In this document: positions 15,901 to 25,111 of the stretch, in pieces | Position numbering within the stretch: the first letter of the stretch is position 1 | Layout: each line of letters opens with the position of its first letter | NCBI GenBank assembly: GCA_046563655.1 | Contig: CM102283.1 | Coordinates: 5,146,001 to 5,210,000, forward strand | Reading direction: 5' to 3' | Source: Yuukianura sp. NJ FZ-2021 | Taxonomy: Eukaryota | Length of the DNA stretch: 64,000 nt | The notes under the pieces: generated by a model | The model's database searches: none | Told to the model about the DNA's origin: nothing | The model's input: only the letters and a program-made list of their open reading frames with translations | Made by a program: the position numbers and the translations under genes

Positions 15901-18186
15901 AGACGTCGAGGGTGCTGGTGTTTGGTATTATATGCACTAAAACACTTTTCCATTTCACATCGTACAGTTTGCTGCTGAATACGTTGTATTTTGACTCAAG
16001 TTAAGACGTAGAAGATTCCTGCGTTAACTCAAAAAAGGTCAGCTTGCTGGACTAAAAATAGCAACACGCAGAAGATGCTAAGAAATTGTTCTCAGCACAC
16101 ACTCTGGGAGTGGTGATAATTTCCGACGTCGAGGGTGCTGGTATTTGGTATTTTATGCACTAAAACACTTTTCCATTTCACATCGTACAGTTTGCTGCTG
16201 AATACGTTGTATTTTGACTCAACATAAGACGTAGAAGATTCCTGCGTTAACTCAAAAAAGGTCAGTTTTCTGCACTAAAAATTGCAACACGCAGAAGATG
16301 CTAAGAAATTGTTCTCAGCACACACTCTGGGGGCGGTGATAATTTCAGACGTCGAGGGTGCTGGTGTTTGGTATTATATGCACTAAAACACTTTTCCATT
16401 TTACATCGTACAGTTTGCTGCTGAATACGTTGTATTTTGACTCAAGTTAAGACGTAGAAGATTCCTGCGTTAACTCAAAAAAGGTCGGCTTGCTGCACTA
16501 AAAATAGCAACACGCAGAAGATGCTAAGAAATTGTTCTCAGCACACACTCTGGGGGTGGTGATAATTTCAGACGTCGAGGGTGCTGGTGTTTGGTATTTT
16601 ATGCACTAAAACACTTTTCCATTTCACATCGTACAGTTTGCTGCTGAATACGTTGTATTTTGACTCAAGTTAAGACTTAGAAGATTCCTGCGTTAACTCA
16701 AAAAAGGTCAGCTTGCTGGACTAAAAATAGCAACACGCAGAAGATGCTAAGAAATTGTTGTCAGCACACACTCTGGGAGTGGTGATAATTTCAGACGTCG
16801 AGGGTGCTGGTGTTTGGTATTATATGCACTAAAACACTTTTCCATTTTACATCGTACAGTTTGCTGCTGAATACGTTGTATTTTGACTCAACATAAGACG
16901 TAGAAGATTCCTGCGTTAACTCATAAAAGGTCAGTTTGCTGCACTAGAAATTGCAACACGCAGCAGATGCTAAGAAATTGTTCTCAGCACACACTCTGGG
17001 GGTAGTGATAATTTCAGACGTCGAGGGTGCTGGTATTTGGTATTATATGCACTAAAACACTTTTCCATTTTACATTGTACAGTTTGCTGCTGAATACGTT
17101 GTATTTTGACTCAAGTTAAGACTTAGAAGATTCCTGCGTTAACTCAAAGGAGGTCGGCTTGCTGCACTAAAAATAGCAACACGCAGAAGATGCTAAGAAA
17201 TTGTTCTCAGCACACACTCTGGGGGTGGTGATAATTTCAGACGTCGAGGGTGCTGGTGTTTGGTATTATATGCACTAAAACACTTTTCCATTTTACATCG
17301 TACAGTTTGCTGCTGAATACGTTGTATTTTGACTCAAGTTAAGACGTAGAAGATTCCTGCGTTAACTCAAAAAAGGTCGGCTTGCTGCACTAAAAATAGC
17401 AACACGCAGAAGATGCTAAGAAATTGTTCTCAGCACACACTCTGGGGGTGGTGATAATTTCAGACGTCGAGGGTGCTGGTGTTTGGTATTTTATGCACTA
17501 AAACACTTTTCCATTTCACATCGTACAGTTTGCTGCTGAATACGTTGTATTTTGACTCAAGTTAAGACTTAGAAGATTCCTGCGTTAACTCAAAAAAGGT
17601 CAGCTTGCTGGACTAAAAATAGCAACACGCAGAAGATGCTAAGAAATTGTTGTCAGCACACACTCTGGGAGTGGTGATAATTTCAGACGTCGAGGGTGCT
17701 GGTGTTTGGTATTATATGCACTAAAACACTTTTCCATTTTACATCGTACAGTTTGCTGCTGAATACGTTGTATTTTGACTCAACATAAGACGTAGAAGAT
17801 TCCTGCGTTAACTCAAAAAAGGTCAGTTTGCTGCACTAGAAATTGCAACACGCAGCAGATGCTAAGAAATTGTTCTCAGCACACACTCTGGGGGTAGTGA
17901 TAATTTCAGACGTCGAGGGTGCTGGTATTTGGTATTATATGCACTAAAACACTTTTCCATTTTACATTGTACAGTTTGCTGCTGAATACGTTGTATTTTG
18001 ACTCAAGTTAAGACTTAGAAGATTCCTGCGTTAACTCAAAGGAGGTCGGCTTGCTGCACTAAAAATAGCAACACGCAGAAGATGCTAAGAAATTGTTCTC
18101 AGCACACACTCTGGGGGTGGTGATAATTTCAGACGTCGAGGGTGCTGGTGTTTGGTATTATATGCACTAAAACACTTTTCCATTTC
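942..18186. repeat. Satellite array 2, 223-bp monomer, ~77 copies
   Basis: TCAGCACACACTCTGGG at 942, 1165 and onward every 222-223 bp; monomers differ at a small set of recurrent variant sites. Confidence 0.98.
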
Positions 18187-18545
18187 AGTAGGTACAATGT
18201 CTGCACAATACGGAAAACTGTCAATCAAATCATCAACTAATATCGATTATCTGTCAGCCCCCCCTCTCATTAATAGTCCCCCTAGGAGTATATAGAGGGC
18301 CCCTTCTGGAGCCCCTCTTTCCCCTTAGTGTTTAGTATAGTGCACTACCCTTATCCCTACCGACGTCAGCCCCCTGAATAACAGAACACCCCTCCCATCA
18401 TCAATACAACGAATCAATTAATTAATCAATTAACAACCAATCATCAAATTATTTACTTGCCAATCAGATTTTTATTAGTCACAAATAATGGGGGGGGGGG
18501 GAGTGGGCGTGTGTAGGTTAATTAAACTTAATTAACATAATTAAC
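18187..18545 (+). repeat. Left TIR (~355 bp) of the Maverick-like element
   Basis: Reverse complement of ~20046-20397 with few differences; contains a G-run and repeated AATTAA palindromes at the inner end. Confidence 0.93.
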
Positions 18546-18607
18546 ACTTAGGTGCTTAATTAAGTTGGGGAGTTTACACCCACCCGGAATTAACTTCACT
18601 ACCCCCA

Positions 18608-19153
18608 ATGGACCCCCTCCCCCGACTAAAACGCTACCCATCACCTCATACCGCCAAGTTCGCTCAGTTACGTTCCAGATTCCAAACAAATCACACCGAA
18701 ATGGCCGGCATTAACCCGTTGTATCTCGACTATGTTATTACTACTTCTCCTCCCCCGGAAAAGTCAGAAGACAAGCCCAGTTATGTACGGGGTAAAAACG
18801 GGAAACTTTCTTGCCCGTACTGCCCAAAACAATTTGCTAGGAAGGACACTGTAAAACGGCATGTTACCAACTTGCATTCACTGCAAGTTGGAGGAAGAAA
18901 AACGGAAAATGCGTCCACCGAGGAAATGGAAGAAAGTTCGCCTCACGGCAGTCCAAGCGGCCCGACGTCTGAAGATGAAGAAACTTCAGTCGATGAAAGT
19001 GAAAGTGGGTCACGTTTTGAATTGGAGGACGACGCTGAGATTACAGTGGAGACAATTAAGCTCATTCTACACTTGCTTAGGAATGCTCAAGCTGGGACTC
19101 AAAGAGTATCAAAAAAACTTTTATATCAAATAATAATGGAGGCTGATCCTTAA
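18608..19153 (+). CDS. Small C2H2 zinc-finger protein with acidic Ser/Glu tract (likely start at ATG 18701, 150 aa)
   Basis: CPYCPKQFARKDTVKRHVTNLH matches C-x2-C-x3-F-x8-H-x4-H; uninterrupted ORF just inside the left TIR; Inr-like TCAGTT at 18664 upstream of the second ATG. Confidence 0.75.
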   Translation: MDPLPRLKRYPSPHTAKFAQLRSRFQTNHTEMAGINPLYLDYVITTSPPPEKSEDKPSYVRGKNGKLSCPYCPKQFARKDTVKRHVTNLHSLQVGGRKTENASTEEMEESSPHGSPSGPTSEDEETSVDESESGSRFELEDDAEITVETIKLILHLLRNAQAGTQRVSKKLLYQIIMEADP

Positions 19154-19667
19154 CTGTGTAAGCATTGGTACACTGTCCGGCAAAAAAAAATCATAACTCT
19201 ACTCCAGCGCAAAAGAACATCGGAAAGGTAATGAGAATGAAACAGAGTTTAGCGGTTAAGAAGTTTCCCCGAGTGCTGTTATACCCATTTTTTTAGTAAC
19301 AAGTTTCGCGGTTTTTTTTTTGTGATATAGTTGGGAGGCTACCTCTGCTGCTTTCGCCTATGCTACTTTTTAAGGCCTTAACGTGAAGGGGAGAAAATCC
19401 AAGGGCCCCCAGTTGATGGAACTGCAGTAAATGAGAAGGCCCTTGCACCATACTTTTCCACAATCGCATCTCCATTACGCTGCATAATCTACACAATGTC
19501 CTGATGTCAAGTCGAAACAACCCTCAACCACAATCGCGGGCAGTCAGTTTGCACACAACCTTTTGTCAAAGCAAACTTTAAGCCATAAACGTAAAAGGGA
19601 GAGAATCCAACACTTTCCCCGGTAAACGGAACCGCAAGGAAAACAAAGCCCACACTATCGTGCGGAC

Positions 19668-19740
19668 CACTCACCCCGCTCCACTGCACTGCACTCCGCT
19701 CCACCCCACCTCACCCCGCCTGACTCCACTCCACTCCGCC
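19668..19740. repeat. Degenerate 5-bp microsatellite (CTCCA/CTGCA/CTCCG)
   Basis: ccactcaccccgctccactgcactgcactccgctccaccccacctcaccccgcctgactccactccactccgcc. Confidence 0.6.
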
Positions 19741-20045
19741 GCAGCAGAAATTTGAAAAACAAAAAGAGTGAAAGAAAACGTTTATGCATCCAAGGGCTCC
19801 ATACTACATGGAATGCAGGGAAATACATCAACACCAATGTCCAATATCGATACAGCGTCAATCCTCAACACTCACCGGAAGTCGGTTTACACACAACCCT
19901 CCCACCGGCTAAAATTAACACGCTCGACTTAATTTCTACAACCTTCATAGTTAAATTCCCCGCCCCCTGCAAAATTGACGACTTTACACTGGCCAATAGG
20001 ACTTCATAAAAATTTGATTGACAAGTGAATAATTATGTTAATTAA

Positions 20046-20397
20046 GTTAATTAGGTTAATTAAGTTTAATTAACCTACACCCGCCCCCCCCCCCCATTAT
20101 TTGTGACTAATAAAAATCTGATTGGCAAGTAAATAATTTGATGGTTGGTTGTTAATTGATTAATTAATTGATTCGTTGTATTGATGATGGGAGGGGTGTT
20201 CTGTTATTCAGGGGGCTGACGTCGGTAGGGATAAGGGTAGGCACTATACTAAACACTAAGGGGAAAGAGGGGCTCCAGAAGGGGCCCTCTATATACTCCT
20301 AGGGGGACTATTAATGAGAGGGGGGGCTGACAGATAATCGATATTAGTTGATGATTTGATTGACAGTTTTCCGTATTGTGCAGACATTGTACCTACT
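20046..20397 (-). repeat. Right TIR of the Maverick-like element
   Basis: Reverse complement of 18187-18545. Confidence 0.93.
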
Positions 20398-21578
20398 CAT
20401 TTCACATCGTACAGTTTGCTGCTGAATACGTTGTATTTTGACTCAACATAAGACGTAGAAGATTCCTGCGTTAACTCAAAGGAGGTCAGTTTGCTGCACT
20501 AAAAATAGCAACACGCTGAAGATGCTAAGAAATTGTTCTCAGCACACACTCTGGGTTCGGTGATAATTTCAGACGTCGAGGGTGCTGGTGTTTGGTATTA
20601 TATGCACTAAAACACTTTTCCATGTCACATCGTACAGTTTGCTGCTGAATACGTTGTATTTTGACTCAAGTTAAGACGTAGAAGATTCCTGCGTTAACTT
20701 AAAGGAGGTCAGTTTGCTGCACTAAAAATAGCAACACGCTGAAGATGCTAAGAAATTGTTCTCAGCACGCACTCTGGGGGCAGTGATAATTTCAGACGTC
20801 GAGGGTGCTGGTGTTTGGTATTATATGCACTAAAACACTTTTCCATTTTACATCGTACAGTTTGCTGCTGAATACGTTGTATTTTGACTCAAGTTAAGAC
20901 TTAGAAGATTCCTGCGTTAACTCAAAAAAGGTCAGCTTGCTGCACTAAAAATAGCAACACGCAGAAGATGCTAAGAAATTGTTCTCAGCACACACTCTGG
21001 GGGTGGTGACAATTTCAGACGTCGAGGGTGCTGGTGTTTGGTATTATATGCACTAAAACACTTTTCCATTTTACATCGTACAGTTTTCTGCTGAATACGT
21101 TGTATTTTGACTCAAGTTAAGACGTAGAAGATTTCTGCGTTAAATCAAAGAAGGCAGTTTGCTGCACTAAAAACAGCAACACGCAGAAGATGCTAAGAAA
21201 TTGTTCTCAGCACACTGGGGGTGGTGATAATTTCAGACGTCGAGGGTGCTGGTGTTTGGTATTATATGCACTAACACACTTTTCCATTTCACATCGTACA
21301 GTTTGCTGCTGAATACGTTGTATTTTGACTCAAGTTAAGACGTAGAAGATTCCTGCGTTAACTCAAAGGAGGTCAGTTTGCTGCACTAAAAATAGCAACA
21401 CGCAGAAGATGCTAAGAAATTATTCTCAGCACACACTCTGGGGGCGGTGATAATTTCAGACGTCGAGGGTGCTGGTGTATTGTATTATATGCACTAAAAC
21501 ACTTTTCCATTTATATCGTACAGTTTGCTGCTGAATACGTTGTATTTTGACTCAAGTTAAGACGTAGAAGATTCCTGC
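20398..21578. repeat. Terminal ~5.3 monomers of satellite array 2, more diverged
   Basis: Same 223-bp unit with more private substitutions and small deletions; ends abruptly after AAGATTCCTGC. Confidence 0.95.
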
Positions 21579-21707
21579 CGAGCCGACAACCCAGAAATCC
21601 GTTCCAGCAAAAGTCGTCCCGCTTATGGATTTGAAGTTCCCCGATGTACCCCCAAAACCCCCTGTAGCTGGTACTTATGGATCTGGTTCCCTCTCCGTCA
21701 TGGTGAC

Positions 21708-22079
21708 ATGCCAAAAGTCACTCTGAACCCCCAAACCCCCCAAAATTCTGGATCCCGCAACTCTACCCCATCGGCTCAACCAATTCGGATCCTAACTCGG
21801 CCAATTCGTCCAGCTCCGTTTCCTACTCGTCCACCATTGGCTCAAAATTCGGCTCCATCATCATCAATTCGGCCACATTCTTCAAATTCCCGCCAAAATT
21901 CTGCCTCTGGGTCTTCTACTTCCTCCGCTCAATCAGTTTCCCAAACTCAAGCAGTTCCCCCAGCCTCATCATCAGTTCCAGCAGCCACTTCCGGTTCCAT
22001 CACTCTCCCAATCTCAGCAGCAGCTCTCAGCAACCAGTTCCAGTCGCCAGCGGTTCCCCAGGGACTCATTCCCATCTAA
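21708..22079 (+). other. Ser/Pro-rich low-complexity ORF, possibly a truncated gene or retroelement fragment
   Basis: 123-aa open frame in C-rich sequence that starts abruptly at the satellite edge; no recognisable domain. Confidence 0.3.
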
Positions 22080-22082
22080 TCT

Positions 22083-22365
22083 AATTGATACATTTAGACT
22101 GGCCTACCGCAAAACTGTGGACAAACTGAGAAACAGTTCATGGAATTGAAGCTCTGAAACGTCGCTGACAATTTTCAGTGGGAATATGAGTTCCTGTTTT
22201 GTGCATGAGTTGCATCAAAATTGTCTTGGCAATTTTACCGTTTAATTGAACCAAAATTATGTTAAAGTTTTGAGGCCCAAAATATCTGCATTGAATTGAT
22301 GTTGTTAATTTGGTGTGCACAAAATGCACAAAATTGAAAGTTAAGAAGAAGGTGGTCGAATATCG
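22083..22365 (-). mobile_element. Old degenerate HINE fragment (3' part)
   Basis: AATTGATAC...CCGCAAAAC...GAGAAAC...TTCATGGAATTGA is colinear with 23063-23300 and 34015-34250 but more diverged. Confidence 0.7.
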
Positions 22366-22368
22366 TTT

Positions 22369-22600
22369 TTAGTCTTCTGGAGACGCATGTCTACGACATG
22401 CTGAAGAACACTATTGATACGACTTTGTCTGGCTGTCTGTCTGTCTGTCCGTTCGCTTTTTTAGTATCTTTTGGGCTAAAACATAAGCTCCATTTTGTCC
22501 GGGGGGTTATGTATGCCTCAAGTGTTTTCATTAAGTCTACATTGCACTCAAAGTGTTATATTAACAACGTGGAAATGGGCGGCCACTTTATGCACCCTAA
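22369..22600 (+). mobile_element. HINE/DINE-1-like element, 5' part only, interrupted at a TAA
   Basis: TT-AGTCTTCTGGAG 5' end, hairpin, (CTGT)n microsatellite, then core matching the other copies up to TGCACCCTAA. Confidence 0.85.
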
Positions 22601-22908
22601 CGCTCGGTACGGACTTACCGTGCTGCTGCCTTGACGATGCTTTGCTGCGCTGTTTTTGTTAAAAAACACCGATCCTAACTTACTTCTGCCTTCCCCGTGA
22701 TGTGCTGCCTCATTTTGGCAAGGCAACGACAGAGCAAGGAAAAGCATCCTAACTTCCCGTTTTGCTTACCGTGCTCCTGCTCTTTCCGTGCTCTTTTGAA
22801 AGTAGGGACGGAAGCAACTTTTGAGGAAGCACGAGCAGAGCAAACTTGCTTTTTTGGAAACAATTGTTCGTTTTGTGATCAATGTTAGTTTTGCTAACAT
22901 CAAGTATC

Positions 22909-24055
22909 ATGGCTGATGGATTTAGCACAGTTTCGGTGGAGCTGGAACAGCAGCTCATTGACGGGGTCAGGGACAGGTTGTGTATCTGGGACAAATCAAG
23001 TGACACGTACAAACAAGGTAGCTCAAGACCGATGCTCAAGGGTTGAGCATAGGTCTTCTGGAGGGAGTTGACAATTGATACGACTTTTAGATCCGCCGGC
23101 CGCAAAACCGTGTAACAATAAGGTGAGAAACCGTTTTCATGGAATTGATGCTCTAAAAGGTCGTTAAAAATTTTCAGTGCGAATGTGAGATGTTATTTTG
23201 TGCATGAATTGCACTAAAATTGTCTTGGCAATTTTACAGTTTAATTGCACCAAAGTCATGATTTGGTTTTGAGGCTCACAATACCTCCACTGAATTGATG
23301 TTGTTAATTTCTTGAGCAAAATACACACTGTATTTTCGATTGTTGGCATGGCAATACTTTATACATAACAGCGTTAATTTAACTGCATCATAATGTTGTT
23401 CAAATTGGGCTCAGATTTCACTCTGCTCAAAATTATTTTGATGCACAATCGTTCTCAAGCATGCACAAACTTTCAGTTGTGTGCATGCATCACAATTCAA
23501 CGTTTATGTATCCCAGTTGGTCATAACTGTGCAAAATGCACAAAAATGAACGCTAGAGTGAGGGGTCGAATTTGGCTTGTAAAAATCCAAATTATAAAAA
23601 TTTCTAGTAACTGCAGATTTGACCCCTGTCATGCACTATTCACATATTAAACATTTAAGCCGGATTTTATACCCTCTGATCAGTCTTAATTTAACAACGC
23701 AAATAAACATACTATCAGAAAATGACAGAGTCAAAACTTCGTTGTTTAAATATATTTTGAGTGTAATCGAAACCAAAATGTTTCCGGGAAACGACTGCAC
23801 TTAGGGTGCATAAACTGGCCGCCCATTTCCAAGTTGTTAATATAACACTTTGAGTGCAATGTAGACTTAATGAAAACACTTTAAGCATACATAACCCCCC
23901 GGACAAAATGGAGCTTATGTTTTAGCGCAAAGTATCCTAAAAAATGTGACAGACAGACAGACAGACAAAGTCGTATCAATAGTCTCCAGAAGACTAAAAC
24001 AAGGTTCTCCGAGAAAATGCATGGAAGGAAGTCGGAGTGTCTCTTGGAATCACTG
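22909..24055 (+). pseudogene. MADF (Myb/SANT-like) domain exon split by a HINE insertion
   Basis: 22909-23013 reads MADGFSTVSVELEQQLIDGVRDRLCIWDKSSDTYK; 23998-24055 continues in frame NKVLRENAWKEVGVSLGIT, then a possible GTAAAG donor; matches the MADF pattern LI..VR..PCLWD.....YKN......AW.EV...LG. Confidence 0.82.
23014..23997 (-). mobile_element. Complete ~1-kb HINE/DINE-1-like non-autonomous Helentron
   Basis: 5' subTIR (CTCCAGAAGACT-AA on +), (GACA)n, 3' subTIR GTCTTCTGGAG and ATGCTCAA-GGG-TTGAGCAT stem-loop; inserted in an A/T run; removal restores the MADF frame. Confidence 0.88.
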
Positions 24056-25111
24056 GTAAAGTTTACGTTTTAGTCTTCTGGAGACGCACGTCTACGACGT
24101 GCTGAAGAAGACTATTGATACGACTTTGTCCGTCTGTCCGTCCGTCACACTTTTTAGGACCCTTTCCACTGAAACATAAGCCCCATCGCAGTCGGGGGGT
24201 TTTGTGTGGCTCAAGTGTTTTCATTAAGTCTACATTGCACTCAAAGTGTCATATTAACAACGTATAAATGGGCGGCCACTTTACGCACCCGCAGTAAATT
24301 CGTTTTCCGAAAACGTTTTGGTTTCGATTACACTCAAAATATATTCAAACAACGTAGTTTTGACCCTGTCATTTTCTGACAGTATGTTTACTTACATTGT
24401 TAATTTAAGTCTAGTTAGACGGTAAAAAATCCGGCTTAAATGTTTAATATGTGAATAGTGAATGAAAGGTGTCAAATTTGCATTTACCAGAATTTTTTTT
24501 ATAATTTTGAATTTAAATAAGCGATACTCGAGGCCTCACCCTTAGCACTTAATTTTGTGATAATGCACACTAATGACTGCCAAAAATACATAAACATCGA
24601 ATTGTGCATTTACTTCAACCGATTTTGATTCTTCAGAAACGATATTCGACCTCTTTTCCTATACGTTCAGTTTTGTGCATGTTGCGCATTTATTGCACAT
24701 GAATGTAAAATTGTGCAGTTATTTTGACGCTGGGTAATGGACGTTGTCATGACAACACTGGTAATGAATTATGTGCATGTTGTTTAGTAAGTTGTTTTAT
24801 AGCGACGTGTCTAAGAAATTTTAGTCTAAAAATTTTTTATGATTTTGAATTTAAACAAACGATATTCTACCCCTCACCTTCGATCTTCAATTTGGTTTCT
24901 TTTTTGTTTTTGACAATTCTTTGCCTGTATCATTCAAGTGTTTAACTTATAGTTTAATTTACAGTTCCCAGTTATATTTTAAGTAGTACATAATTTCAAT
25001 CTTTGGTACAAGTTTGTAAAGCTTCATCGGGTAAGAAAATGATTTCTAATCTTATTTGTTACTATCACGCTATACCAAATTAGGTGTTACTTCATTATTT
25101 CAGATATTATC

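Larger units (their letters stand above)
18187..20397. mobile_element. 2.2-kb TIR element with Maverick/Polinton-type ends (non-autonomous)
   Basis: Starts AGTAGGTACAATGTCTGCAC, ends GTGCAGACATTGTACCTACT; exact 6-bp TSD CATTTC at 18181-18186 and 20398-20403; the satellite resumes in register; no integrase, pPolB or capsid ORF visible. Confidence 0.85.
22601..24069 (+). mobile_element. Left part of a PIF/Harbinger-like transposon (contains nested HINE at 23014-23997)
   Basis: Starts CGCTCGGTACGGACTT right after a TAA inside a HINE; subterminal repeats CTTACCGTGCT at 22614 and ~22765; carries a MADF exon; right end not seen. Confidence 0.6.

Noticed and set aside
942-21578. CRISPR-like regular repeat array
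   Set aside because: Whole monomers repeat with no unique spacers, no cas genes are present, and the context is eukaryotic
22369-23997. 1.6-kb MITE bounded by inverted ends
   Set aside because: Same artefact: a truncated plus-strand HINE and a complete minus-strand HINE with unrelated MADF-bearing sequence between them
22138-24945. Many 60-120 aa ORFs here and at 34079-35255 and 38206-39075
   Set aside because: They lie inside non-coding HINE or foldback sequence, recur only because the elements recur, and show no domain motifs
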